From: Conidiobolus incongruus B7586
Lineage: Eukaryota
Direction of reading: 5' to 3'
DNA: 33,366 nt
Assembly (NCBI GenBank): GCA_000697335.1
Contig: JNEM01013773.1
Coordinates: forward strand, 1 to 33,366
The notes beneath the pieces are model-generated. The model was not told where the DNA came from. It did no database searches and saw only the letters and a program-made list of their open reading frames with translations. How positions within the stretch are numbered: the first letter of the stretch is position 1; every line of letters starts with the position of its first letter. A program made the translations under genes and the position numbers. Below, one piece after another: positions 13,884-24,651 of the stretch.

Positions 13884-16242
13884 ATGAGCAATCACTCTCT
13901 TACTAGAAATAATAGTGATTTAACTAATTCTCCAACCATTGCCAATTCTCAACATGACAAAGCTGTCACGATAAATCCTTCAACTTCCGAAGACAGTCTT
14001 AAACACACTACCAGCGAACTCTTGCTTAATATCTCTACCAAAGTAAATATTGAAGGCGTCCCACTAAATCACCTTCATACTTTACCCATTCCTACTCCCA
14101 GAAGACTTGAAAAAAATGAAGAGTATCCATTACTTGATCAACCAGTTCCTCAAAATCTTCAAAATTTTGTTGAAAATATCGAGGGACAAACTGTTGTCTT
14201 AAATAATACTTCATTCAAAGATGATTGTAATATTGGGGACAATTCACGCAAAAGATTAGCTTCGCTTTCTTTATTTACTAATGAAAATTCAGATACTCCG
14301 CTTGCTTCTAACCGTAAAAGAAGATTAGGTTCAAAATCCATAAACGACTCAGTGTCAGCTTCACCTACTCCTTCTGCCAATTCACCTTCTCACAATTATC
14401 CCGATGCAGTGCAACAAGCATTTCATTCGAATCCCGATGATTTCATTCTTCCTTCTCCTTCACTTTCTCCAAGTGCAGCTCACCAGGATATTCAACGCTT
14501 TGTTAGTCCTAACCCAAGACCCGACCTTCCAGAACTTGGCCAAATCCCAATTGGCACCAACCCTGCAGAACTTCCCCAATCTCTACTTAATATTCCAAAT
14601 CTAGTCTCCCAGTTTGACTCACTTCCCCGAGGACTAAGGACTTATTTACTATATCTTCTTTTACAACGTTCTGAAAGATATATACTTCAGTTTTTGACTT
14701 CTAACATGTATCCCGTTCTTAGAGTAGACCTATTATCTACTTTACCAATTGAAGTATCCCACAAAGTTCTATATTATCTCGATTCACGAAGTTTATTCCA
14801 AGTCGGTGCTGTTTGCAAACAATGGAGACGTTTAACTGATAATAATGATGATCTTTGGAATTACAGATTGACGGAAGATGATCTACAGCCCGCGCGAGTT
14901 CCCAAATTCACGCAGGATTTATTGGAACGGTTTAAATTAGCTAAACCCAGAACTCCAGAACCAAAAATCCCCACGAAGCAGGTGTATAGAAGACAAGTCA
15001 TTATGGAGAATAATTGGTGGAAAGGTATTGCCCACCAAACTTCCTTTCTTGCCCATGGTCGTAATGTTGTTACTTGTCTTCAATTTGATGACCAAAGAAT
15101 TGTTACTGGTTCTGACGATATGACGATGTGTGTTTTTGATACTAAATCAGGTGAATTGATTCATAATTTAACCGGACATGAAGGTGGTGTTTGGGCACTT
15201 CAATATGTTGGAAGCACCCTTGCATCCGGCTCAACAGATAGAACTTTGAGAATTTGGGACTTAGATACTGGAATTTGTAGACATGTGTTCCCTGGTCATA
15301 CAAGTACAGTTAGATGTTTACAAATATTAATGCCACAGCCAAGTAAAACGCAGTTCAATGAAGATGGTACTCCTAAACTAGAACCACCATATCCTCTTGT
15401 AGTTACAGGATCCAGAGATACACATCTAAGAGTTTGGAAGCTTCCCTCTCCATCTGAATCTGACCCATTTATTGGCAATGACGGTACTCATCCTTCAGAA
15501 CCTGAGCACAATCCATATCATTTAGCTTCTTTAAGGGGCCACACACAATCAGTTAGAGCGGTGGCTGGTCATGGTAATATTGTTGTTAGTGGAAGTTACG
15601 ATAATGATGTCAGAGTTTGGGATTTGACTGATTTTAGCTGTAAGCTAAATCTGGAAGGTCACAGTCAAAAGGTATATTGTGTAGCTTTAGATGTTGATCG
15701 TAACCGTTGTGCAAGTGGTAGTTTAGATGCCACAGTTAGAGTCTGGAATATGGATACTGGAGAATGTATTTGGACCCTTGAAGGTGAGACAATCTAAATT
15801 ATATCGCATTATTATAATGACTAATTATGATTATTATTTAGGTCATAGTCTTTTGATTGGTTTATTAGAAATATCACCCAAATATATAGTTTCTGCGGCC
15901 GCAGATTCATCTGTCAGAGTTTGGGATTCTGAAACTGGTGAATGTAAACGTGTTCTTTTGGCCAATGCTGGTGCAATAACATGCTTTCAACATGATCAAA
16001 AAAGAGTAGTTTCTGGATCTGAGGGCGGTATAAAACTTTGGGATATGAGGGGAGATAGTACCCAAGACCGAGAATTGGTCAATGGTCTTACTGGATGCTG
16101 GCAAACAAGGTTTAATCAACGTTATTGCATCACCGCAACTCAAAGAAATGAACAAACTTTAATAGAAATTTTTGACTTTGATGTAATTGACGAAGAGCCC
16201 CGAATCAGTAATTTAGATGCTGATCGCATCTTGGAAGATTAA
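13884..16242 (+). CDS. CDC4: F-box/WD40 SCF substrate receptor Cdc4/FBXW7 ortholog; join(13884..15783,15842..16242), 766 aa
   Basis: Dimerisation-like segment and F-box (LLSTLPIEVSHKVLYYLD...VCKQW), followed by WD40 repeats typical of Cdc4 (VVTCLQFD, GHEGGVWALQY, GHTSTVRCL, TGSRDTHLRVW, GHTQSVRAV, GHSQKVYCV). The three phosphodegron-binding Arg positions are present. A 58-nt intron 15784..15841 (GTGAGA...GACTAAT...TAG) joins the two ORFs as LEG|HSLLIGLL. First ATG is at 13884; the track's 13845 start is TTG. Confidence 0.93.
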
Positions 16243-16969
16243 TTATCTCAACCATAATTTACTCTAGTATTCATTTCATTGTATTTATATCTATTTTCCT
16301 TTCTAATCATGGTCATCATTTTTATTTCGCCCAGGATCACACTGATCTACTCCTTCTTTATACCAATAAAATTTTCAAAATATCAATATCAACTTGAGTA
16401 TTGGTTAATATTAATATAAAAATTATTTAATAATAATTTAGTAATTTCTAATCTAGGAAAACAAATGAGCAAATCTGGTATTTTACTGTCCTTGTAGTAA
16501 ACTTGAAATTTAAAAATATTTTATATAACCAAATACTTGAGTAAATATAAATTTTAAACACATTTAAATATAATAAATATTTCACATTTAAAACTTGGTA
16601 TCATGTATCATCATTGTTTATAGTTAAACTTGTCTGAAGTTAAAATTGATTACCCTTGCCCGTACTATGTTTTCTGAGATCCCAAGGGAGTAAGCACTAA
16701 CACCAAACCTGGAAGCCTGGCTTGATTGACTGTTAAATAGTGAAAGAGTATGTTTTTAATAATATTATGCCTCAATCCAACTCTATACAATGTTGCGAAT
16801 ATTTGAAAGTTTTGCTTAATCTATGTTATATATACAGATATCCATAATTACTATATGATTTACTTGATTAATGCTTGTCATAAATGATTATCTTATACCG
16901 ATGATATTCTTTTATTTTGTTGAGTACGCTTTGTTTAAATGTATAATGAGAACATATAACATTCAATTG

Positions 16970-18130
16970 TTTTTACTCTTAATATATTTGTTAACTTTTC
17001 TTATTATCTATTAAGATCAAAATTCATAAAACAAAATAAAATAATTTTGTTCAATAATTAATTTAATGATTTTTTTATATAAACTAAATTTGTAAAAGTT
17101 TTTATTTTATTTAATTCATTGAATTATTTTATATAATAATTTTAATTATAAATATTTTTCTAAAATTATTTATTTTATAACTTTTTTTTTAAATATTTGT
17201 ATTATTAATTAATAATAAAAATAAAACAAATAACTTAAGTTTTAATATATATATTTATATATCTTATTTTAATTATAATCTATTTATTTATAATTTTCCT
17301 TTGTTTTGTATTATATATTTAAAATATATTTTTTTTATAATAAAAAATTTATTAAATTTAATTTTTTTCTTTAATTAATAATTATAAGTTATGAATAAAT
17401 TTAATAAATATATAATTAAATTAACAATTATTGTATTTAATAATATCAGGTATAAGGACAAATATTAAGTGATATGAATAATAATATAATATTCATTTTA
17501 ATAAACTTAAATATTAAAAAGTTATAATAATTAATAAAAAATATAAAACAAAAATAAAATCCCGAAAGATAAAAAATAATATATATTAATTTAATAAAGG
17601 TTGTATGTTTTATTAAGTCATATATAAATTTGATCTTTATATATATTAGGATATAAAAACTTATAATAAATTATTATTAAAAAAATCTAATTATATTAAA
17701 AATTAAAACATCAATTTATTGACAATAAACCTTTTTTATATTTAAAAAAATTTTTATAATATCATAATTATTAAAAAATTTTGAATAATATATTATTTCA
17801 AGTTATATTATTTTTAATTAAAATTTTATTTATAATAAAATTAAATAAAACTTAAATATACTTGGAGTTTTTATAATTTTGGTTTTTCTAATTTTATCTT
17901 TTATAAAATATTTAATAAGATATTAACTTAATCTTATATTTTGAAAGCAATTATATGATTGGGATTGTTTATATTTAATTAATAATCTAATAATATATTA
18001 AATAAGAAAATATTTCAAAATTCATAATATAACAATAATATCCAAATATTTGCACTATAAGTAATAGTTTCTTTAAGCCTTGATCAAATATTGATAAATA
18101 TCCTTAAAGCAAATAGGAACTTAAAAAGGT
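16970..18130. other. Extremely AT-rich non-coding block, possibly a heavily mutated repeat remnant
   Basis: By eye this is about 90% A+T and TpA-rich, with no ORF in the track. The boundaries are approximate and no family could be recognised. Confidence 0.4.
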
Positions 18131-18137
18131 TTAACAT

Positions 18138-18157
18138 TATATATATATATATATATA
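18138..18157. repeat. (TA)10 microsatellite
   Basis: Perfect TA dinucleotide run read directly from the sequence. Confidence 0.9.
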
Positions 18158-20182
18158 ACTTATTTTGATATTTCAATTACAAAATCAGATTATTAGTGCA
18201 TATGAGTTTGTAATTAATTCAAATAGTTGTTTGATTAAGCAAAGTAATTATCAGCATAATTAGTTGTTAATTAGGTTGCTAATTTAATATAGTATTACAA
18301 AGCACATATATCAACTAGATATATATTGATTACTTTTTATACCAATAAACAAGGCCTAGCCTATTAAAAAACCTTAATTTATTATTATAAGTAATAAATT
18401 TAGCTTTTTCTGTGCCCATAAAGAAGAAGAGTCAAACATCTAGAGAAAGAACTCAGAATATAATATTAATAGATAAAATAATCAATAAACACAGCATAAC
18501 CATTATTTTAAATTTAATCTATTTATTTCAGTTATAGTTGTAATCTTAAATATATTCTGTTATAATTGAAAATATATTCATTATTTTATCCTGGATCCTA
18601 TTAACCATATGATGAATTGAAGATTATCCATAAAATAAAACGGAATTTTATTAGCTGTGAAAGTAAGTCATTAACAAAACAATGATGAGAAGTCACTAAT
18701 AAAATATACATGGATGTTAACCTAAAAAACAAAGTGTTTATTACATAGTACATTTATTTCTTGACTCCTATATAAGCATAACTTATTGAATCGGTTCCTC
18801 CTTTACATTCAATCAGTTATATAATATATATTAATATTAGTATATGAGTGTACAAGATATACTTTAGTATTTCAATAGCTATTTTGCAAAATATCAAGTT
18901 TTATAATTTTTATTGAATAGTAGTAGTTAAACTTCAGTACATTTACCAACCTAATATATATATATATATTTTGAAGTCACTAAATTACTAAATTTCACAA
19001 TTATTGGATTAAAATTTGGTATCAAAATTACAGAGGACTGTATATAAACTTTCATAAAACAAAGAGTATGTTTATTTTTTAATGACATTATTGGTATTCT
19101 AATATATATATATTGTTTATATTTGATAAATTAAATGTAATACATTTATAATAATATTATTGAAGATTGTCAACATAATATATTTCCATATTTAATATAA
19201 AATTATTTTAAAAATTGGTTAAATGGCTATTTAATAATTTATGATATTAAGAGTTGTTAAATATTTAATACCCATGCTGTCACCAAACAAGTATTGTATT
19301 AAAATAGTATTTTTTGGATAGTTTGAATGAGAATTATATGATATTTTTGTAATTGATTTTTGACAATATATTATAAGTTTGATCTAACCAAATACGCATT
19401 GTTCAAATTATTATTAATTATTTAATAGTTGACTCATAAAAAATTAAAACGTATAAGATTTAATTATTTCTCCAATATCTGAATAAGATCTTAATTTTTG
19501 GTAACTTATACTTTTTTCCTTCTATTTAAACACTTTAATTCAAATCATTAATTTGATTGAGGTTATTTCTCTTCAAATTATTATTTATGGAAAAATATGA
19601 TGTGATCAAAAGGAGATTAATTAATATCTTATCAATCAATATTTTATATTGGGTTTAATTATATTAATCTTATTAATTGATTTATTATTTATTCAAGACT
19701 GTAAGTAATATAGTTAAAATTTTTTTCAATTCAATCATTCTATCATAATAATAAATAATTAAAACATAATAGCATACTAGTTATGTAATTGATTCAATAG
19801 AAATTAGTCAAAGAAATTAATTTTTAATTTTATTAAATTTTACTTCAGAATCTCCTAATTTTATCAGTTTAAATATTTGTTAAACAAAATTCAAATAAAA
19901 TTTAATTTTAAACAAAGTAACCTCTTCGAATATATATCAATTTTAATCTTTATTAAGAAAATTGAAAAATATAATAAAATTATGATTAAAAAAATAAGTT
20001 TTGATATTATAAATTTTAATAATAAAGATTTGAGTGGTAATATTTTTTAGAGTAAATTTTTGATATAATTTAAATTTTGACATTAGTATATAACAATTAT
20101 TATTAAACAATATGTCTGAAATTAATCAAGTTAAAACAATTGACTCCGTAAGAAAAAATAATCACTCATTTATTATATAAGA

Positions 20183-23100
20183 TTAATAATAACCCTCCTG
20201 CTCATCGGTATATTCTTTAATCATCACCCTTAAAGAGTGGACTAATACGTCTGGATTTTGGGGATCGTGAATTAATTCAAAGGGGTCTGGGTCGGGGACA
20301 GTTGATGAATGGAAGTTGTCTTCATGCTCGTCCAATCCTTCCATGTCTTCGGGAGCATCTCCTTCATCTTCAATCTTGGGAATTGGCTTGGGGGCTGGAC
20401 GATCTTCATTGTAAGGTGCTTCGGTTTGGTGCCAATAGAATAGCGTTTGAATTTCTGGTTCGTATCTCCACAAGCCGTCAGAAATATGGACGATTAGAGT
20501 CTTGTGGCGATAATGGTAAGTTGGGATGTATATCTCGGTTTGGCGTATGAATTGTGAGTAAGTCTGATCATCGGGTCTAGGATTGGGTCGGATTTGGGTA
20601 GTGAATTCCAGGTGGAATTCGCCAGATTCTGGATAATATTCAAAGAATTTGATTTGACCAGCTATTTTGGTTGGATATGGACGGATAAGAGAGTCCAAGC
20701 ATCTGCCACCTACAAATAATGGGTTGTACGCTTTATCCTGTCGAATGGGAGGTGGATTCATTTTAGATATAATTGAGAAGTCCTGATGATTATAGTGATC
20801 TCCTCTTTCATTATCATTGTTGGGTTGATAATGCCAAAATAGCACACCCTTGTGGCTTTCTTCAACTGCTGATATTAAGCAATCTAATAAAGAACTCTGC
20901 AATGTGAAATCTCCAGTTTGATACGCTTTGGATTGATTCATATTGAAAGGAATTCCTAATTCACCAATGATCATGGGAATTGACTGGCCAAAATTAGTTT
21001 GGCCCCATTCGTGAAGCATGCTAAGTTGTTTTTGATAACACTTCTTAGCCCCGGCAAGTCCAAGATACGTGTTAGACATTAATCCCTTTTGTCCCGTTGC
21101 AAGCTGAGAAAGCCGATCTTGGGTGACCATTCCATCGAATTTCTTTTCGGAATTCACATTCAAATCATAGAAATTAGGGCAGTAGACTACATTCTCAACT
21201 TGCGGATAAACTTGCAATTGAAGATTGGGAATTGGAGAAATAAATATTGTCAAATCTGGAGCAACATTGCGAATAGATTGAATGAATCGATTAACAAAAG
21301 GTAAAACAAATTGATGAGGAAAGTTCACGGATGACCCGTTTAAGTATTTACAAAAGTATGTGTCATCGATAGCTCTTGGGCATCTTTCAATGGGATCCAT
21401 ATCCCAAGCTCCAGCCTCTTTCCATGGGCAGCCGAAACCTGGCAACCAAGCTCTGATTTCTTCCTTATTTACTTCTTGGTTAGCTACTACTTTCACTGAA
21501 CCAGTCCATGAAAGGCCAAGAACAGGTACATTCTGTGTTACACCTTCAGCTAGTGCCATTCCCTGAAGAGGTGATGGAGCCAAGCCATATTGAGGAATAG
21601 TTGGATCCGTTTCATATTTTGAAAGAGAAGTTAAACCAATAAAACCTGGATGTATGTTGGGCATTGTAAAGAATCCAATAACACTCTTACACTGACTCAA
21701 TTTTTGAGCCAAATATTCATAACAGTTACAGTAATGCTTTTGTAGAAATTCTTGAACAAATTGATTTTTATATAATCTACAGGGTGCAAAGGTGCTACCA
21801 GCAAAGAAAAGGGTATACATTGTACAACAGGCTAATCGGTTATGGTTCGTCATCCACATTTGATCTACGTGTTTTTTCCATAAATCATCCTTAGGTTGAG
21901 CTAAAGGCTCAATCGTCGAAGCAACAGGACCATGAATAGGATCAATATAGGCAGCAGCTGTCACTTCTAAAGCACTGGTATCTAAACCAGCAACTTCAAG
22001 TGTCCACGCAGGTGCGCCAGATCCACCACAATGACGACTCCAAGCTTCTTGCCTTGGATCGATAATCACTTTGAATCCCATGTTATCAGCCATATCACAT
22101 AATTTAATCAGATAATCAATGTATTTCTCATCGTAAATACCAGGTCCATCATGTTCAAGTGCTTCCCAAGGTACAACCAATCTGACAATCGTCATTCCCC
22201 ATAATTTCAAACGTTCAAAATGCTCTTCTGCTTCGTGTAAGGGAAATGGAAGGTTTTCAAAAGTGATTGGAGTAGCATCGGAACTATTATCAATCTTATT
22301 AGGAGTTGGTGGATGAGTCAATGGAGGATTGGGATTGGGCAAACGACTATTTCCAGATAAACCAACTCCTCTTACAATAAGTTGACGACCAAATTGATCT
22401 GTAATAAAGTGCTTATTAGCACGGAAGTTGATATTGGTCCAATTGGTTGCACCGGGACTAGGTAATGGTAAAGGAGGCTCTTCTTCAGGTTCTGGAAGTT
22501 GAGGAATGTCCGTGGATAAGGCGGAAAGCATAATGTCATCAACTAAATTGGGATCATATCCTAAATCCTGGGCGAGTTTCAATGCTGTCATTTCGGGTGT
22601 TTCATTAATTTGAATATCTTGCTCTTCTCCTCCATCATCTGAAGTCAATCTGATTGCTGGGAGGGGCTCAATTTTATCTTCTTTAGATGGTTCAGGTGAC
22701 AGCTTTTCAACTTGATCATTTGGGTTAACAGATTGACTAGGAGAGGGTTGAGAATATATCTCAATATCTTCAGAAATGTCACGAACGTGTTTGGATGTTT
22801 GCACTTTCAATGAGGAAGATTCTTGCCCTTGCTCTTGCTCTTGTTCTTTAATATCTAAAGTGTCAGATTTTTCTGGTTGAATATTAAGAGGAACCTGTGA
22901 TTCTGTCTCTTCATCTTTCGAAGGTTCAATATCTTTTGAATCAGCATTGGATTCTTGATTATTTGTTTCTAATGTCAATTCTTCCAAAGAAGCAGAAACT
23001 CTTGATTCAATATCAGATTTCACAGGGTGATCTGAAATGATTTCATTGGCTGCATCATTCAATGCAGATGATGAATGAACTTCATTTTGAACCTCAGAGT

Positions 23101-23356
23101 AATTATTTTGATCTATTGTAGCATTAACAATTCCTTCATTTTGATTATGTGCTGAATTCAAATTGAATTGCTCCACCACTTTGGTATTATTGTCAATTTC
23201 ATCGGTTTCAAGTTCATTGGCATTGCTTTCTTTGATTTGTTCCTCCTCGACTTGTTCAACTTTATTATTATCTTTTTTCAGATTTCTCTTAGCAGATTTT
23301 GGAGGAATATTCGTATTTGTGCTATTATTCTTTTTCGATTTGGACTTTTGTGCCAT
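20183..23356 (-). CDS. Glycoside hydrolase family 5 protein, endoglycoceramidase-related (EGCrP / yeast Egh1-like), with a degenerate active site and a ~300-aa acidic N-terminal extension; 1057 aa, no intron needed
   Basis: Family motifs are FITDQFGRQLIVRGV, PFPLHEAEEHFERLKLWG, WEALEHDGPGIYDEKYIDYL, WSRHCGGSGAPAWTLE, CCTMYTLFFAG, IIGELGIPF (nucleophile), GGRCLDSLIRPYP and TEIYIPTYHY (C-terminal beta domain). The acid/base NEP position reads PNI. Confidence 0.9.
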   Translation of the reverse strand: MAQKSKSKKNNSTNTNIPPKSAKRNLKKDNNKVEQVEEEQIKESNANELETDEIDNNTKVVEQFNLNSAHNQNEGIVNATIDQNNYSEVQNEVHSSSALNDAANEIISDHPVKSDIESRVSASLEELTLETNNQESNADSKDIEPSKDEETESQVPLNIQPEKSDTLDIKEQEQEQGQESSSLKVQTSKHVRDISEDIEIYSQPSPSQSVNPNDQVEKLSPEPSKEDKIEPLPAIRLTSDDGGEEQDIQINETPEMTALKLAQDLGYDPNLVDDIMLSALSTDIPQLPEPEEEPPLPLPSPGATNWTNINFRANKHFITDQFGRQLIVRGVGLSGNSRLPNPNPPLTHPPTPNKIDNSSDATPITFENLPFPLHEAEEHFERLKLWGMTIVRLVVPWEALEHDGPGIYDEKYIDYLIKLCDMADNMGFKVIIDPRQEAWSRHCGGSGAPAWTLEVAGLDTSALEVTAAAYIDPIHGPVASTIEPLAQPKDDLWKKHVDQMWMTNHNRLACCTMYTLFFAGSTFAPCRLYKNQFVQEFLQKHYCNCYEYLAQKLSQCKSVIGFFTMPNIHPGFIGLTSLSKYETDPTIPQYGLAPSPLQGMALAEGVTQNVPVLGLSWTGSVKVVANQEVNKEEIRAWLPGFGCPWKEAGAWDMDPIERCPRAIDDTYFCKYLNGSSVNFPHQFVLPFVNRFIQSIRNVAPDLTIFISPIPNLQLQVYPQVENVVYCPNFYDLNVNSEKKFDGMVTQDRLSQLATGQKGLMSNTYLGLAGAKKCYQKQLSMLHEWGQTNFGQSIPMIIGELGIPFNMNQSKAYQTGDFTLQSSLLDCLISAVEESHKGVLFWHYQPNNDNERGDHYNHQDFSIISKMNPPPIRQDKAYNPLFVGGRCLDSLIRPYPTKIAGQIKFFEYYPESGEFHLEFTTQIRPNPRPDDQTYSQFIRQTEIYIPTYHYRHKTLIVHISDGLWRYEPEIQTLFYWHQTEAPYNEDRPAPKPIPKIEDEGDAPEDMEGLDEHEDNFHSSTVPDPDPFELIHDPQNPDVLVHSLRVMIKEYTDEQEGYY

Positions 23357-23560
23357 ATTCTAATTTATTCCCAGTTATGATAATTGACAACAATTCAATA
23401 TATGAATTCACTAGAAAAATATTGTTTAATATTGATATATTCAAATAAAATAAAAGAAATATCATATTTAAAATTTTCAAATTTCTAATAATGTAAATTG
23501 AATAAAAAATTACCAAATCAACTAAATTTAAATTTCCAATTGTTCAATCTATTCAGCGTA

Positions 23561-23602
23561 TTTACTATAAAATATTTTACTATAAAATATTATACTAAAA
23601 AT
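23561..23602. repeat. 15-bp tandem repeat (TTTACTATAAAATAT)x2 plus a degenerate third unit, upstream of the GH5 gene
   Basis: 23561-23575 and 23576-23590 are identical, followed by TATACTAAAAAT. Confidence 0.75.
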
Positions 23603-24568
23603 TATATTTTTAAAAATTTTCTAATAAATAATAATATTAAACTAAATTAAAATGATAATTTTATATAAATTTTAATTTTTTGATAATTATTTAAAGTGAA
23701 TATTTTAGGGATCGGTCAATGAAATTAATTAAATTAATATCACTCTTTGAAAAAAATATGGGATTATAATATTGATAAATTAATTATTATTAGATATTGA
23801 TTGAATACCTTAAGTATTGGTTAAAGTTGTTGAATAGTAATTTATTATAATGATTAGTATATATATTTTTTTTCAATTAATAAAACCATGTTTATAAATC
23901 AATGTCGAATATATATATAGAACTATAAAACATTCGAAAATACGACTTAATTTAAATAAGTGATTTACATTAATTTTTTAAATATTCGGAGATAACGGAA
24001 TTTTTAAAAAATCAATTTTAAATTTATTGATAAAGTTATTCTTGATATTATAGAGATATATATTATTCCATAATTCAATTCATTACTTTTGTGATTTAAT
24101 ATCGTTATGACATTAAATTTATTGATTTAATTAACATAATAACAATATCAAAAGTATTATTACTATAAATTGTATTTTAACTGAGGAAAAAACTAAATTC
24201 ATTGAAGTATTGTAATAATATTGTGAAATCCAAAGGTATTAACTATTGAAAATAGATTAAAAGATATATTTATTAAAGTTATAAATATGTAGAACTACAC
24301 TTATTTTTAACTTTAAAAATATATATGTATTATTTAATAACTGAATCAGATAATGGTATTTGAAATATATTGATGCAAAGAGGATAAAATTGAAAATAGG
24401 GTAGGAATCAGTAAAAAAGAATTAAGGATACCAATAAAAGCGATAGGTTTAGAATAGTTATACGTAATGACTACTAGATTGATTTGATGGAATAGAAAAA
24501 AACATTAATATTAATAATAAGAAATGGAGATTTAATAAAATTGAATAATTTGTAATAAATGAAAAACA

Positions 24569-24642
24569 GCTCCCATAGCTCAGTTGGTTAGAGCGTGGTG
24601 CTAATAACGCCAAGGTCACAGGTTCGATCCCTGTTGGGAGCA
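24569..24642 (+). tRNA. tRNA-Ile, anticodon AAT (IAU), intronless
   Basis: Acceptor stem GCTCCCA/TGGGAGC with discriminator A. D arm GCTCAGTTGGTTAGAGC. Anticodon stem TGGTG/CGCCA with loop CT-AAT-AA (anticodon 24603-24605). T arm ACAGG-TTCGATC-CCTGT. Length 74 nt. Confidence 0.97.
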
Positions 24643-24643
24643 C

Positions 24644-24649
24644 TTTTTT
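24644..24649 (+). terminator. RNA polymerase III T6 terminator of the tRNA-Ile gene
   Basis: TTTTTT begins 2 nt after the discriminator base. Confidence 0.8.
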
Positions 24650-24651
24650 AA

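Noticed and set aside
18400..18465. bZIP-like fragment (FCAHKEE / RVKHLEKELRI, resembling FR.RKE.RVK.LE after reversing CpG decay)
   Set aside because: About 20 codons, and it needs a frameshift plus back-mutation; too short to support.
14159..23380. Short antisense or alternate-frame ORFs inside CDC4 and the GH5 gene
   Set aside because: Shadow ORFs of GC-richer coding sequence with no independent evidence.
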